From Leptolinea sp. UBA4782 (GTDB taxonomy: Bacteria; Chloroflexota; Anaerolineae; Anaerolineales; Anaerolineaceae): a stretch of DNA of 64,000 bases. The stretch lies in contig DHHC01000021.1 in assembly GCA_002403095.1 (NCBI GenBank), positions 1,732 through 65,731 of the forward strand. The letters are read 5' to 3'. Below the pieces are notes generated by a model that saw nothing but the letters and a program-made list of their open reading frames with translations, was not told the origin of the DNA and ran no database searches. How positions within the stretch are numbered: position 1 is the stretch's first letter; every line of letters begins with the position of its first letter. Made by a program: the position numbers and the translations under genes. Of this stretch, positions 62,327 to 64,000 are shown piece by piece.

Positions 62327-62968
62327 TTAATCCACCAGGGGCAGCTGGGGCTGATAGGGAGCAAGTTGGAGAGCCTGGCGGATGCGCAGGTCAACTTTTT
62401 GCAGGTCTTCAACCCGGTTCACAAAATCCAGGCTGTTGGTATCGATGGTTAACACCGGGGAGGGATGGCTTTTCTCCTCGATATAAAATGCATCATATGC
62501 CAGGTTCAGCTCATCGATATAACTGCGTTCCATCTGGCGTTCGTACGGCCGGTCGCGCAGGGCGATGCGCGCCATGAGGACATCTGTATCCGCCCGCAGG
62601 TACACCAGCAGGTCAGGGCAGATGATCTTCTCGCCGAGGGCTTCATGCACCTTGTAATACATTTGCAGTTCATCGCCCACCAGGTTGATGCGGGCAAACA
62701 GGCTGTCTTTCTCGAAGGTGTAATCGCTGAAGAGATGTTTTCCGCTCTCTAGCAAACCTGGCACAGCGGCGCTTTGCTGCCTGTAGCGGCTGAGCAGGAA
62801 GAATATCTGGGTCTGGAAGGCATACCGCTGCCGGTCGGCGTAAAAATCACTTAAGAAAGGATTTTCTTCAAAAACCTCGAGCAGGACATTTGCATCAAAT
62901 GATGGTTGAAGCAGCCTGGCAAGTGTGGTCTTGCCCACCCCGATGACACCTTCAATCGCAATGTACAT
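62327..62968 (-). CDS. Deoxynucleoside kinase (dGK/dAK-like), second paralogue
   Basis: IAIEGVIGVGKTTL P-loop, ENPFLSDFY, FSDYTFEKD and RDRPYE lid. GAGGG RBS. Confidence 0.85.
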   Translation of the reverse strand: MYIAIEGVIGVGKTTLARLLQPSFDANVLLEVFEENPFLSDFYADRQRYAFQTQIFFLLSRYRQQSAAVPGLLESGKHLFSDYTFEKDSLFARINLVGDELQMYYKVHEALGEKIICPDLLVYLRADTDVLMARIALRDRPYERQMERSYIDELNLAYDAFYIEEKSHPSPVLTIDTNSLDFVNRVEDLQKVDLRIRQALQLAPYQPQLPLVD

Positions 62969-63079
62969 GCTGTACCCTCAAACTTGAAGTGATGAGAGAG
63001 CCCTGAAGCGAAATCATGCCAGACAGGGCTCTCTTGTATTATATAACGGTGTAACTGCAGATCGGCAATATCAGGCTGG

Positions 63080-64000
63080 TTAACCCTGCAACTCTTTCAC
63101 CATCTCGGCGATCACATCAAAACCGCCCTGCCAGAATGCAGCCGAGTAAACATCAATGCCGGCAGCAGACAGTATCTTGATCGGGGCTTCGGACCCGCCG
63201 GCTGCCAGGAGCTGGATGTAGCGCGGCTTGAAAGACTCGCCCTCTTCCTTGAACTGCTTGTAAAGCGAAAGCACCAGCAGCTGCCCGAAGCTGTAGGCAT
63301 AGACATAGAATGGGTAATTGTAGATGTGCGGGATCGAAACCCATTCCCATTTGAACTCGTCGCTGACATCCACTGCATCCCCAAACTGGGTGCGCAGGTT
63401 TTCCAGGTAAGCGGCTGCCATTTCATCTACCGAAGCGCCATTGATCACCATTTCATGCGCTTCGCGTTCGTAGAGGGCAAAGAATGCCTGGCGCTGGATG
63501 GTGGCATAGGCATCATCCACCTGCCTGAAGACGATATCGCGGCGTACTGCCGGATCGGGTTCTTCACGCAGCAGGCGGTCGACCAGCATCATTTCGCCAA
63601 AGGTGGATGCGGTTTCTGCCAGAGGCAGGCAGGAATGCTGGGTGAAGACGGTGTGGTGCTCAGCCAGCATGGCGTGGATGGCATGCCCCAGCTCATGCGC
63701 CATGGTGGTAACGTCATCTGAGCGGCTCTGGTAGTTCAACATCACCCACGGGGTAAGGCTGGGGACTGCGGTGGCACAGAATGCTCCGCTGGTTTTGCCT
63801 TTGCGGATTTCGCTGTCGAGATGGTTCTCGTCGAACACCCGTTTCGCCAGTTTTGCGAAGCGGGGATGGAACTCTTTAAATGAATCGAACACCATCTTCG
63901 CTGCTTTGCTGTAGGGGTAACGTTTGTCCGACTTGCTGACAGGGGCATAAATGTCGTACCGGCGCAGGCGGTCCACTCCCAGGATCTTGGCTTTAGCTTT
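63080..64000 (-). CDS. pepF: Oligoendopeptidase F-like M3B metallopeptidase, C-terminal ~306 aa; gene runs off the right edge
   Basis: HELGHAIH zinc motif. The frame stays open from 63976 to 64000 (..KAKAKILGVDRLRRYDIY..), so the track's GTG 'M' is an internal Val. Confidence 0.8.
   Translation of the reverse strand, partial: KAKAKILGVDRLRRYDIYAPVSKSDKRYPYSKAAKMVFDSFKEFHPRFAKLAKRVFDENHLDSEIRKGKTSGAFCATAVPSLTPWVMLNYQSRSDDVTTMAHELGHAIHAMLAEHHTVFTQHSCLPLAETASTFGEMMLVDRLLREEPDPAVRRDIVFRQVDDAYATIQRQAFFALYEREAHEMVINGASVDEMAAAYLENLRTQFGDAVDVSDEFKWEWVSIPHIYNYPFYVYAYSFGQLLVLSLYKQFKEEGESFKPRYIQLLAAGGSEAPIKILSAAGIDVYSAAFWQGGFDVIAEMVKELQG

Noticed and set aside
62996-63033. Hairpin GAGAGCCCTG...CAGGGCTCTC downstream of the pepF-like gene as an intrinsic terminator
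   Set aside because: The stem is good (10 bp), but the loop is ~18 nt and there is no U-tract on the minus strand, so it is too weak to list as a feature.
1-64000. Mobile elements, prophage, defence islands, toxin-antitoxin pairs
   Set aside because: No integrase, transposase, recombinase, phage structural, restriction-modification or cas-like proteins were recognised in any frame. The only repeat-type elements are the short intergenic repeats reported above.

Overview
Dense, GC-rich 64-kb chromosomal segment with about 65 protein genes, one tRNA-Pro and no rRNA, CRISPR array, transposase or integrase. Thr/Pro-rich linkers in most secreted proteins, SpoVS, a sortase and an F420-type DDN protein suggest a monoderm Chloroflexota (Anaerolineae-like) bacterium, but that is only a guess. 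Gene calls come from reading the six-frame track, with starts re-checked against the nucleotide sequence; the track also uses GTG and TTG as starts. Five points stand out. (1) A minus-strand operon (5554..11175) encodes a pyrrolysine-free MtmB-family methyltransferase, a corrinoid protein, a homocysteine S-methyltransferase-domain protein, a MetH activation-domain protein and a RACo-type reductive activase. It looks like a methionine synthase split into separate genes, with the folate module replaced by an MtmB-like module of unknown substrate. (2) Directly downstream, the nickel chaperone genes hypA and hypB sit with an AraM-type glycerol-1-phosphate dehydrogenase, an AraL-type HAD phosphatase and DegV, and no hydrogenase gene is in the window. 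hypA can only keep its Met-His-Glu nickel-binding N-terminus by initiating at ATA. (3) A sortase locus (32857..36449) has two candidate substrates sharing an unrecognised Cys/His N-terminal domain and a non-canonical VLIPVTG(V/I)D sorting signal. One substrate carries a near-perfect 10 x 24-nt tandem repeat, and an orphan response regulator in the locus sits behind a consensus promoter, a ~170-nt leader and an intrinsic terminator. (4) A cluster of DnaA boxes (three perfect TTATCCACA plus about seven variants) at 60884..61270 is a candidate oriC. No dnaA is in the window and dnaN lies 24 kb away. (5) A hairpin-forming interspersed repeat family occupies two intergenic regions. The rest is ordinary housekeeping and accessory metabolism: an ECF transporter, AOR with a MoaD-like gene, GH5, gatCA, gdh, PBP2/maf/rsgA, arsRM, two deoxynucleoside kinases and others.
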